From: a bacterium | GTDB taxonomy: Bacteria > Patescibacteriota > Microgenomatia > JAMCZE01 | Length of the DNA stretch: 64,000 bases | Assembly (NCBI GenBank): GCA_021836035.1 | Contig: JAKBJL010000004.1 | Span: 131,841-195,840 of the forward strand | Reading direction: 5' to 3' | In this document: piece by piece, positions 30,122 to 38,376 of the stretch | Numbering within the stretch: position 1 is the first letter of the stretch | How the letters are laid out: each line of letters starts with the position of its first letter | Notes under the pieces: model-generated | The model's database searches: none | What the model was told of the DNA's origin: nothing | The model's input: the letters and a program-made list of their open reading frames with translations, nothing else | Made by a program: the position numbers and the translations under genes

Positions 30122-30685
30122 ATGGTTGTTTTTATCGATGAATCGGGGACCAATAAGCATGAAGGACACGCAACGATGGCAGTGGTGTATGTTGAAGTAG
30201 TCAACAGAGAAAAGTTTGAAAAGGGCTTTTCCGACGCTCTTCAGGAGGTAGATATAGCGGAATTCCACTGGGCCGATCAGGGCTGGAAAGTGCGCCGCAA
30301 GTTTTTCGAGAAAGTCTTCTCCTTAGACTTCTTTTTTAAGGTGGCTGTCTTTAAAAATCCAGCCCACCCGGAAAAGATGATGGAGATTGTTTTCCAGCAC
30401 TTAATTACAGAGAAAAATATTCGGTGGATATTTATCGACGGCAAGAAGTCCCGGCGCTATGAGAATGAGTTTAAAAACGTTCTACGTTCTAAGGATATAA
30501 CCGTCAAGAAGTTGAAAACGGTTCGTAGTGAATCTTCTTATTTTGGTGTCCAGTTAGCCGACGCTCTGGCTGGGCTGATGCGCTATTTAGAGTACAATCC
30601 GGGCGCCGAAGATGCCAAACAAATGGTTTCAAAGCTGCAGAGATCTAAAAAGCTGTTTGCAAAATATATTTTCTCCGGTAAATAA
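30122..30685 (+). CDS. DUF3800-family protein (RNase H-like fold)
   Basis: FIDESG, EFH, IFIDG, VQLADALAG. Confidence 0.85.
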   Translation: MVVFIDESGTNKHEGHATMAVVYVEVVNREKFEKGFSDALQEVDIAEFHWADQGWKVRRKFFEKVFSLDFFFKVAVFKNPAHPEKMMEIVFQHLITEKNIRWIFIDGKKSRRYENEFKNVLRSKDITVKKLKTVRSESSYFGVQLADALAGLMRYLEYNPGAEDAKQMVSKLQRSKKLFAKYIFSGK

Positions 30686-30700
30686 AACCTTCCAGAAATA

Positions 30701-30796
30701 TAAAAGCCCCGCGGAATGCGAGGCCAGTTAATCCAGCTAGATTGCCTTGCGGCAAACTTTCTCACACGGAGATTTGTCGCTGGTAACTTGTTGACT
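30701..30796 (-). ncRNA. candidate DUF3800-associated structured RNA, unit C
   Basis: Three-way junction (AGTTA-CCAGC/GCTGG-TAACT; TCTC-CGTGT-GAGA; TTGCC-GCAA-GGCAA) then terminator; TGGTAACAT extended -10 upstream. Confidence 0.65.
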
Positions 30797-30841
30797 GTAT
30801 GTTACCACAAAAGTCAAGGAAAAACAACCGCAACTTGAGGC

Positions 30842-30890
30842 AAAAAAGAGTCGGTCTTGGCTATCCGCACACATACCGACTCCTTATACT
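30842..30890 (-). ncRNA. candidate small RNA, unit B
   Basis: GAGTCGGT-loop containing GTGCGGA-ACCGACTC followed by a T run; TGGTAATAT extended -10 upstream. Confidence 0.5.
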
Positions 30891-30925
30891 GGTATATTAC
30901 CAAAAAACCAAGAGTTATCCACGCC

Positions 30926-31010
30926 AAAAATAGCCTCGCGATTTGCGAGGCCAGTTAAGTAAGTAGCTTATTTCTAAGCTCGTCCGCACGGGCCCTTGTC
31001 CCTACCAACC
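30926..31010 (-). ncRNA. candidate DUF3800-associated structured RNA, unit A
   Basis: Paralog of unit C: GACAA...CCGTG, AGCTTA-GAAA-TAAGCT, shared TTAACTGGCCTCGCA, terminator GCCTCGC/GCGAGGC plus T run. Confidence 0.62.
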
Positions 31011-31199
31011 TAAGGAAGAAAGACAAATTATTGTTGATATGATTTCAACAATTAATTATTAGAAAATTTATTTAAGGTGCGAATACGTTCGATCTCCGGC
31101 ATGCTTCTCCCAAATTGGTAAGGATCGTCCTGGGCCGGCCCAACTATTCTCTAGTCTTTCCCGGGACAACACTCGTCTCTTTTGTGAAAAGATCATGAC

Positions 31200-31550
31200 C
31201 AAAAGTCATTTTCCCCTAACTTAGGTGCGCATGGATAATGGTGCTGAGATTCGATCAAAAATGAGAGGATTTTTACGGGCCAGGCTGCTTAGCCATATTT
31301 ACAATCGGCCTTTCGGGCCAGATATGAATGGCAAGTTTTGGCCAAACAATCGGTCGATACCGAAGAATTCTTTTTGAGATACTCGCGTAGGACTTTTGGG
31401 GGGAGAAAATCCCGTTTAGTCAAGTATGTTAGTTTATTTGACAACGAAAGGCCCCACCGGCGTTTTGGTAGGGATGGTAAAACACCTCTCGAGAAGTTCA
31501 AACCCTTAGGGGGTATGAAGCGTTCGCCTAATTGTTATTATACCGGATGA
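31200..31550 (+). pseudogene. DDE transposase remnant (IS481/IS3-like integrase core)
   Basis: MDNGAE at 31231 and EEFF...DNERPHRRFGRDGKTPLEK in broken frames. Confidence 0.65.
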
Positions 31551-31603
31551 TCGCCGAAGTAAAGTAAGAGAAAGAAGGTCGTCACCAAACAAAAGAACAG
31601 TAC

Positions 31604-31745
31604 TTGTTCTCAACGAACAATGGGCGTTGGTCCTTTAAGCATTAACTTCCTGAAAACTTTGGCTTGACTCTAGTTAAAAATCCATTTCTGAATTGCCTTT
31701 TTGGTTAGCGTAGTCGCTTCTCCGGCGAGAAATATTTTGAAAATA
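31604..31745 (+). repeat. degenerate direct repeat, left copy
   Basis: 43 of the first 58 nt match 61332 onward without gaps (hand count), including CTTTAAGCATT and CTGAAAA; both copies end TTTTGAAAAT. Confidence 0.6.
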
Positions 31746-31768
31746 ACCGTGGGAATAGAATACGACTT

Positions 31769-34700
31769 TTATCTTGGTACCACAGTTAACCAGCCCCCAT
31801 CGGAATGGCCGGAAACATCTGGAAAATACATTTCATAAGCCTGGGCTGGAAGATAATGGTACTTACCTGGAGTTGTAGCCCTAACACGATAAGTTACTTC
31901 ATAAACTCCGGCTGGAAGATAACGGGCAAAGAGAGTTGTTCTATCGTCATGGTATTCTTTATGGTCAAAATATGACGGCTGATAATGTTGTTCATGGTTT
32001 CGGGTTTGTGATTTTGGTGGTGTCTTACTTAAACTGACCACGTTTTTTAAACTTTCGTTAACCGATTCCAGTCCTGCTGGCAAAATATCTTCAACGGTTA
32101 CGTATTGGCGAAGTGCCGGGGCTACAATCGTCAAACGGACCCATGCTTCCGTACCCTCTTTAATTGTATCTGACGGTAGAATATGTCCATTACTATCAAC
32201 AAATTCCCGTACGACAACAATTCCCTGATCTAAAGATTTAATTTGTGCAAACGGTAGGAAATATCTTAAATTAAAATTGTAATAAAGATTGCCCGTCCCG
32301 CTTTTTGACAGACGGAAACTGTTATCCTTTCCAAGCTTTAGATTTGAAACAGGAGCAATGTACTTTTCTAAGTTAAGAAGGTCAGAAGGTTGGAATTGGC
32401 CCGATTTCAAATTTTGCCCATTAACCTCAAGTTTATATTTTTCCTGGAGGTTTTTATTTTGCTGGGAAAGCAACTGCATCGAAATAGCTTTTACCACTGA
32501 CGCTGTTTCTTGGGTTGATCCCCAATAATTGTCTGTGCGGCTAGCCATTAAATATCTGACAACTTCGGGAATGTAAGGACTGTGGGGATCAAATGCCAGA
32601 AGCATTTCTAGACCGGCGGCGGTAGCCGATTTGGCATCACTAAACCAGTAGAAATAATTTTTATTTGAATCTTCCCAATGGGTTGAAGTAGCGGTTTTCT
32701 TAGCCAGACTGATCATTTCTCCGTAAACCCGATTTGCTTGTCCTGACATACCTGATTTGTGAAGTACCAAAGCTAAATAAGCTCTGGACTGCATTGTCAG
32801 TTCAAAACGATGGTCATAAAGAGTGGCCGCAAAGGGGGCCGTAATATCGCGACGGGAATCCTTAAGAGCGTATAAAATATAAGCTTGAGAATCGCGGTCC
32901 AGAGTTTTTCCGCGTGATAGACTCTGCCACAAGTAACTTTCGGCCTGATTAAAAGTATTATCCGAGACGATTAATCCGTCTTTCTTTGCTTCGTAAAGAG
33001 ACTGATAGGCATAGGCTGTCATGACAGGATCCGAATCTCCTTCTAACCACCAGCTCCATCCGCCATCGGAATGTTGAGTATTATTTAATCTTTGCAGACC
33101 ATCATTGATAAGAAATTTCAATTGCGCCATAGTTACCACACCCAAACTGTCAATTTTAGCCTGTTTGAAAACCCGACGGGCGTAGATGGCGGGCAATAGC
33201 TTACTGGTAGTTTGTTCTGTACAGTAATATGGATATTCATATAAATAGGAAAGTGCCTCTATACTTCCGGAACCCAACGAGGGAGAAATAGTCACTTCCG
33301 CCTGGCCGCGGGTGGGATCGATGTCTTTTGGAAGATTTACGTTTTCCTGGGCAGTATCCGCAACTTGTCCCGCCGTGGCCACCACTTCCGGAATGGAATA
33401 CGACTTTACCGGTAGGGTTTGTAGTAAGCTGTCCCGTGGACTTCCGTCTTTATCGTTTACCGAAATATAAACCTGGGCAGAATTGGTACTGCTAACCATG
33501 GTTGTCCATAAGAGCTTAACCTGATCTCCATCAGCTATAGTGGCAACACGGGGTTGGTTATCATTAACGGTAAATCCTTTTCCGGACATACTGACACTTA
33601 CATCAGCAGTTGCCCCGCTAGTATTAACAATGATTGCTCCCATTTGAGCTTGGTCACCAACAGATAGGAAGCGTGGCAAAACGGGACGAATAAGAACGTC
33701 TCGGTTAACCAGAAATTCTGTTATGGCAGAACCGAAAGCCGAATCAGACGTATCGGCTATGACGGCTAACCTCCAAGTGGTTAGATTATCGGGTAATTTA
33801 ACAGTTATGTCTGCTTGTCCGTTGGCCCCGGTAATTAAGGAGGGATTCCAATAAGCTGTTTCCGGAAAGTTTTGACGAGCAGTATCTGGTCCGCCGCCTT
33901 TCTGATTATGAACATAAATTCCATCAGCAAAATAGGTATGATATTTATCGACCTCAAGATTGTAAACCGCGATATCTTTTCCGAAAACCTGTTCTAGTGA
34001 GAAAACTCTTATGGGGAGATTATTTTTATCCAAAAGGTAATCACCGATTTTAATTTTACCCGCGACTTTCCAACCGTTGTTCACATATATTAGATGAACT
34101 GGCGTTACTTGAATTGTTCCGTTAATAATGATGTAATGGTCGACGGAATGCTTGTAAGTGGCAGTCACTTTGCCTGGTTCCAATGTTACAGACGCCGGAT
34201 AACTTTTTGTTAAAACAGTGTCCCCGGGTTGAATATCTGCAATCCTTTTGGTCATACCACCCTGAAGTAGAATCTGAGTGTCGGCTGTAAAACATCCTCC
34301 GCTTCCGCCTTTAGCTCCGAGGTTGGTGTTTTTATTTATCCGATCCATAGAAATAGTAAGAAGCTGCGAAGTGTCAACTTCAAGGTTCCGCGGTTGGTAA
34401 AAATACTGATAAATATCAGGCAGCTGAATACGAGACAAATCCCAAACCGCTTTATCTACTAATCCCACAGCTAATTCGGAACTAACCGGATGACCCAAAA
34501 GGTCTTTGGTGGTAATAGTTGCGTGCATGGTATCTCCCGGCTTGTAGCGTTTCTTATCTGTTTGAATGTCTACTGCAACCTGTTGCTTCTTGTCAGTCAC
34601 CTTGACTTCTACATAACCAATTTTCATTTCCGGTGGGGCTTTAACCAGATTACCGCCTTTAACTAAGACCGCGCCGATGTAAACATTTGGCGAGTAGCCA

Positions 34701-37700
34701 GGATTAATAGTCAGAGGAAAATTATTTGTCTGATCGTTAGTATCAACGATTTGGTATCCGATGACTTTCGCCCGTTCAACTGTTAAGAGTGTTTTTGCTG
34801 ATCCCGAAGCAAATGGAGAATTAACAAAAATCGACGCAGTATCACCAACCGCATATTGTCGTTTATCTGGAACGACTAAAATTCGGTCATTATTATTTCT
34901 GTCAGTCACAAAACCATACCCGGATACCCAAAGATAGCTGCTAGTTCGGTTTGTATTTCCCGAAGAATCAGTCGCCTTTGCCAAAACTCTATAAGTTCCT
35001 CCCTCGCTTGGAGTAAAAGAGGCTGCCGAGTAGCCCAGATTATCCGTTGTTACGGAAGTTGAAGAAACTAATGTATCATGAGGGTTACTAACATAAATAT
35101 ACTGACCGCTGCTGGGGTCTTGTTGACGAACCGTATCCCACGTCCGCTTATAAAATTCAATAGAAACCGGGGTATTAGGCGCTTCGTTACCGTTTGGTAA
35201 TACCGTTACTACCCCAACTTTCGATTCCTGGCCGGACTTGCTGCCATAACTTTCCGGGTGAAGTCCGACATAGATTCCGCCCTGATGAATAATGTATTCC
35301 CCTGACGAACCAACCGCTTGGTTACTCTGGTCAGAAACGGACGCAGCGACAATTAAACGCTGGCTGGTTTTATATTTACCCATGTTGAAGGGAAGCTGTA
35401 AATTAAGGTTTCCATCATTGTCGGTAACTCCTTTGCCACTTCCAACCAGCGTTTCCGAACCGTTATTTTGCCCATAACCCGACCATCGAGCCCAATAACC
35501 TTCGGGGTCGCCAAACTCATACCGCCAATCCTTGTCCCATTTAAAGAAATAATCTTGAGTTTGGACTGACCATTGAACTGGGGCATTCGTTACTGGTGCT
35601 CCAAAATAATAAGAAGAATTTATGGAGATTTGCGGCACCTCATTTGGTAAGTAGTAGCTTTTATTGGTTTTTATTGTCAAAAGCATGTCTGGGCGACGGT
35701 ATTCCTCCACCTGAAATTGCTGGGTAATACCGTTATTGGAATACGTTGCCTGAAGTTGATAATCTCCGAGAGTGGCATCGGCACTAAGGACAAACGAATC
35801 GGCAAAAGAACCATAGGAATTGATTGGCAAAGATTGGGTATAAAGTGGACGGTTCCGGGCGTCATTAATTGTTACTGAAACCTTTTCTCCCGGGGCAAGA
35901 TTCGCATAAGCGGCATCGTTATCTTTTTTAATTAATCCTTTGAAATAGACTTTTTGCCCCGGGCGGTAGATCGGTCGGTCCAAAGTCAGGAATAGCTTAT
36001 ATCGGTTGGTACTATCCTGATAATCTTTTTGCTCAGAGGGGTTGTAATAACTAGGTAGTCCAAAATCGTAACGGTTTATTCCCTGACGCCAATTACTGGA
36101 GGCAACCACTAAATCGTTGTCTTTTTGGGCAAATAGGAGCAGATTATCTTTCTGATTAAGGTTTACGTCCTGTTGCCAAACACCATCCTGGTTTGACTGA
36201 CCTTTAGCTAGTGAATTGCCGTAACTATCAGTCAATTCCATATTCATCCCTGACAGAACCGTTCCTGAACTTTGATCAACCGCCCAAGAGAAGATCTGCT
36301 GACTGCTTTTTTTAACTGTCAAAGTAGCGTTCGAAACAATCATTACTAAATTATCGTGTTGCCCCGTTGATAATTTAGCTTCCAGAAAATAAAAACCCGA
36401 CTGCAAATTTCCGCCGTTCTGATCGGTTACTTTTGTCACTACTGTTATGGGAACATTAGGATTTATGTCGAAGGTCTCGTTCCAGCTACGAACTTTTTGG
36501 AGAGCCGCGGGGTTATAATTTTGCCAGTTTCTACATTGATGATAGTCTGACCCACAGACGTTTTCATAGCGCTTTCGGTAGAGATCCAATAAATCGTTCC
36601 TGCTAAGCTTGTAAAGGTTGTAATCAATCCGGGAAGTATTAGTAACCTGGGCAACGATGCGGGGGGTAATTTGTTGGTTAAAAGTGGCAAAGAAAACGCC
36701 GAATGGCATGATTGAAACATTGGGCTGGTAAGGAGCAGTGTTGAAATTAAAAGTGTAGGCTTTTCCCAACGGAACTCCGTATTGATCTTTAACATCGGGT
36801 CCGATTGTGATCGTGTAATTGGTTGATCTTTGAAGATAGGTCCCAATTGTTAAAGTATTAACACCCTGATAATTATTAAAAACTAGCTCCGGTTTGGCAT
36901 CGGGTTCCGGACTAATAAATACGTTGCCAATGAAAGATTCCTGATCCATAGGGGTTTTGAAAATAACCTCGATCGAGTTTCGCGCCTGAATATCTTTTCC
37001 TTCGTTCTCCGGCGAGGACTTAAGCACCTTGGGCAGGTCAGCTACGGTAAAATTCCATGAGTAGTCGCTTTCCAAACCATTAGGGCCGTCGGTGCTTTGT
37101 AATCCGGAAGAAACTACAGCCCGGTAATTCTTTTCCCGATTCAATGGCGTTGATGCGTAGAACCCCAATGTTTTACCAGAAACAACCACTTTTCCGGGAA
37201 CAGAGGTGTTGGTTGAATCAAGTAGCTTGAAATATTTTGCCGCCGATGCTGGGTCGACTGGTTGGTTAAATGTAGCTGATACCGACGCAACAGGCGAGGC
37301 AAAAGAGTAACCCGAACGGGGCGTCACTGCCTCGACGTGTGGTCTTGGGCTGGAAAATTGCCAGGAAATGTTGGAATTTAAAGAACCACCGTCTTGTGAT
37401 TTCAAACCGGAATCTACCACTACGGTATAAGTTGTCGCTTTCTTAAAAGGAACTGACGGGGTAAATTGATAAGCGGTAGTGCCTAACCAACGGCCTTCCC
37501 CAACAACTGAGGGTGAAATTGTGAATGCCGGTTTTTTAAGTACACTTTTAGTAGTTGCGGTTAACGGAATCATTGGCCGATCGAAAACTACAATTACCGG
37601 GGAAAAACCCTCAACCGCTTCGTTTTGTGGGGAATAAACAGCTACTTTCGGGTCACCAACGGTGGTAAAACTAATCGTGTGGCTTCCCCAAAGGGGGGAG

Positions 37701-38320
37701 AAAAAACTCGAAAGAGTTAAACCGCCAAGTTCTGCGGTGTATTTCTGTCCCCGTATCAGCTGTGTCTTAGGAGTAAAAATCAACTTTTGGTTGCTTTCCC
37801 AGTCGAAAGTTCCCTCGACCGCAGGCGAAAGACGGAAATTTTTCTCAACCAGTGATTTGTTCATTCCTCGGTCAAAGATAATTTCAATTTTGGAATCCAG
37901 TGGGTTTTCAGTGGAGGCGTTACCCGGAAAAGAGAACGAAACTCTAGGGGGTAGGAATAACGGACCTATCTGCCACAGAAGAAACAACACGATAAATATT
38001 AGGCCCGGTTTCTTTATTATTCTCAGTTGCTCCTGCCGAGAGGAAGTTCGGAAACGTTGCAGCCATTCCTTAACATAAGTTATTACCCGATTGGGGTATG
38101 GTAATAACCTGGCGAACAGTTGGCGGATTTTTTCTTTATGGTAATCCCCTAATCTTTTGTAAATAATAAAAATAATTGCTGCTAGGGCCAAAAGCAGTTG
38201 GATAATTTGGCTTTTAATGGTCGTGAAGGGAATAATTATGAAGTAAATGCATAAAAAAAATGCAATAATAAAAAGTAAAAATATGCCGATTACTTTTCCA
38301 AATTTTCTGATAAAGCCCAT
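31769..38320 (-). CDS. membrane-anchored bacterial alpha-2-macroglobulin with Ig-like repeats and an internal Hint domain
   Basis: N-terminal TMs, about four Big_5-like repeats, LDRPIYRPGQ, FQVEEYRRP, RQNFPETAYW, LPDNLTTWR, thioester YPYYCTEQ (33212-33223), DGGWSW, STQE, EMYFP. Confidence 0.93.
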   Translation of the reverse strand: MGFIRKFGKVIGIFLLFIIAFFLCIYFIIIPFTTIKSQIIQLLLALAAIIFIIYKRLGDYHKEKIRQLFARLLPYPNRVITYVKEWLQRFRTSSRQEQLRIIKKPGLIFIVLFLLWQIGPLFLPPRVSFSFPGNASTENPLDSKIEIIFDRGMNKSLVEKNFRLSPAVEGTFDWESNQKLIFTPKTQLIRGQKYTAELGGLTLSSFFSPLWGSHTISFTTVGDPKVAVYSPQNEAVEGFSPVIVVFDRPMIPLTATTKSVLKKPAFTISPSVVGEGRWLGTTAYQFTPSVPFKKATTYTVVVDSGLKSQDGGSLNSNISWQFSSPRPHVEAVTPRSGYSFASPVASVSATFNQPVDPASAAKYFKLLDSTNTSVPGKVVVSGKTLGFYASTPLNREKNYRAVVSSGLQSTDGPNGLESDYSWNFTVADLPKVLKSSPENEGKDIQARNSIEVIFKTPMDQESFIGNVFISPEPDAKPELVFNNYQGVNTLTIGTYLQRSTNYTITIGPDVKDQYGVPLGKAYTFNFNTAPYQPNVSIMPFGVFFATFNQQITPRIVAQVTNTSRIDYNLYKLSRNDLLDLYRKRYENVCGSDYHQCRNWQNYNPAALQKVRSWNETFDINPNVPITVVTKVTDQNGGNLQSGFYFLEAKLSTGQHDNLVMIVSNATLTVKKSSQQIFSWAVDQSSGTVLSGMNMELTDSYGNSLAKGQSNQDGVWQQDVNLNQKDNLLLFAQKDNDLVVASSNWRQGINRYDFGLPSYYNPSEQKDYQDSTNRYKLFLTLDRPIYRPGQKVYFKGLIKKDNDAAYANLAPGEKVSVTINDARNRPLYTQSLPINSYGSFADSFVLSADATLGDYQLQATYSNNGITQQFQVEEYRRPDMLLTIKTNKSYYLPNEVPQISINSSYYFGAPVTNAPVQWSVQTQDYFFKWDKDWRYEFGDPEGYWARWSGYGQNNGSETLVGSGKGVTDNDGNLNLQLPFNMGKYKTSQRLIVAASVSDQSNQAVGSSGEYIIHQGGIYVGLHPESYGSKSGQESKVGVVTVLPNGNEAPNTPVSIEFYKRTWDTVRQQDPSSGQYIYVSNPHDTLVSSTSVTTDNLGYSAASFTPSEGGTYRVLAKATDSSGNTNRTSSYLWVSGYGFVTDRNNNDRILVVPDKRQYAVGDTASIFVNSPFASGSAKTLLTVERAKVIGYQIVDTNDQTNNFPLTINPGYSPNVYIGAVLVKGGNLVKAPPEMKIGYVEVKVTDKKQQVAVDIQTDKKRYKPGDTMHATITTKDLLGHPVSSELAVGLVDKAVWDLSRIQLPDIYQYFYQPRNLEVDTSQLLTISMDRINKNTNLGAKGGSGGCFTADTQILLQGGMTKRIADIQPGDTVLTKSYPASVTLEPGKVTATYKHSVDHYIIINGTIQVTPVHLIYVNNGWKVAGKIKIGDYLLDKNNLPIRVFSLEQVFGKDIAVYNLEVDKYHTYFADGIYVHNQKGGGPDTARQNFPETAYWNPSLITGANGQADITVKLPDNLTTWRLAVIADTSDSAFGSAITEFLVNRDVLIRPVLPRFLSVGDQAQMGAIIVNTSGATADVSVSMSGKGFTVNDNQPRVATIADGDQVKLLWTTMVSSTNSAQVYISVNDKDGSPRDSLLQTLPVKSYSIPEVVATAGQVADTAQENVNLPKDIDPTRGQAEVTISPSLGSGSIEALSYLYEYPYYCTEQTTSKLLPAIYARRVFKQAKIDSLGVVTMAQLKFLINDGLQRLNNTQHSDGGWSWWLEGDSDPVMTAYAYQSLYEAKKDGLIVSDNTFNQAESYLWQSLSRGKTLDRDSQAYILYALKDSRRDITAPFAATLYDHRFELTMQSRAYLALVLHKSGMSGQANRVYGEMISLAKKTATSTHWEDSNKNYFYWFSDAKSATAAGLEMLLAFDPHSPYIPEVVRYLMASRTDNYWGSTQETASVVKAISMQLLSQQNKNLQEKYKLEVNGQNLKSGQFQPSDLLNLEKYIAPVSNLKLGKDNSFRLSKSGTGNLYYNFNLRYFLPFAQIKSLDQGIVVVREFVDSNGHILPSDTIKEGTEAWVRLTIVAPALRQYVTVEDILPAGLESVNESLKNVVSLSKTPPKSQTRNHEQHYQPSYFDHKEYHDDRTTLFARYLPAGVYEVTYRVRATTPGKYHYLPAQAYEMYFPDVSGHSDGGWLTVVPR
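33905..34294 (-). other. Hint (intein-like, BIL/PT-Hint type) domain within the alpha-2-macroglobulin
   Basis: 130 aa: CFTADT (Cys1), TPVH (TxxH), VYNLEV...HTYFADG, terminal VHN followed by Gln; no endonuclease. Confidence 0.92.
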
Positions 38321-38376
38321 ACTTTACTCTTAATATTATTAAAGTAAAAAGGTTGGGTATTTACAATGAGGAACAA

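Noticed and set aside
30701-31010. Hammerhead ribozymes or a CRISPR array
   Set aside because: No CUGAUGA core, no regular repeat-spacer period and no cas genes
33905-34294. Canonical splicing or homing intein
   Set aside because: The +1 residue is Gln and there is no endonuclease domain; treated as a BIL/PT-type Hint
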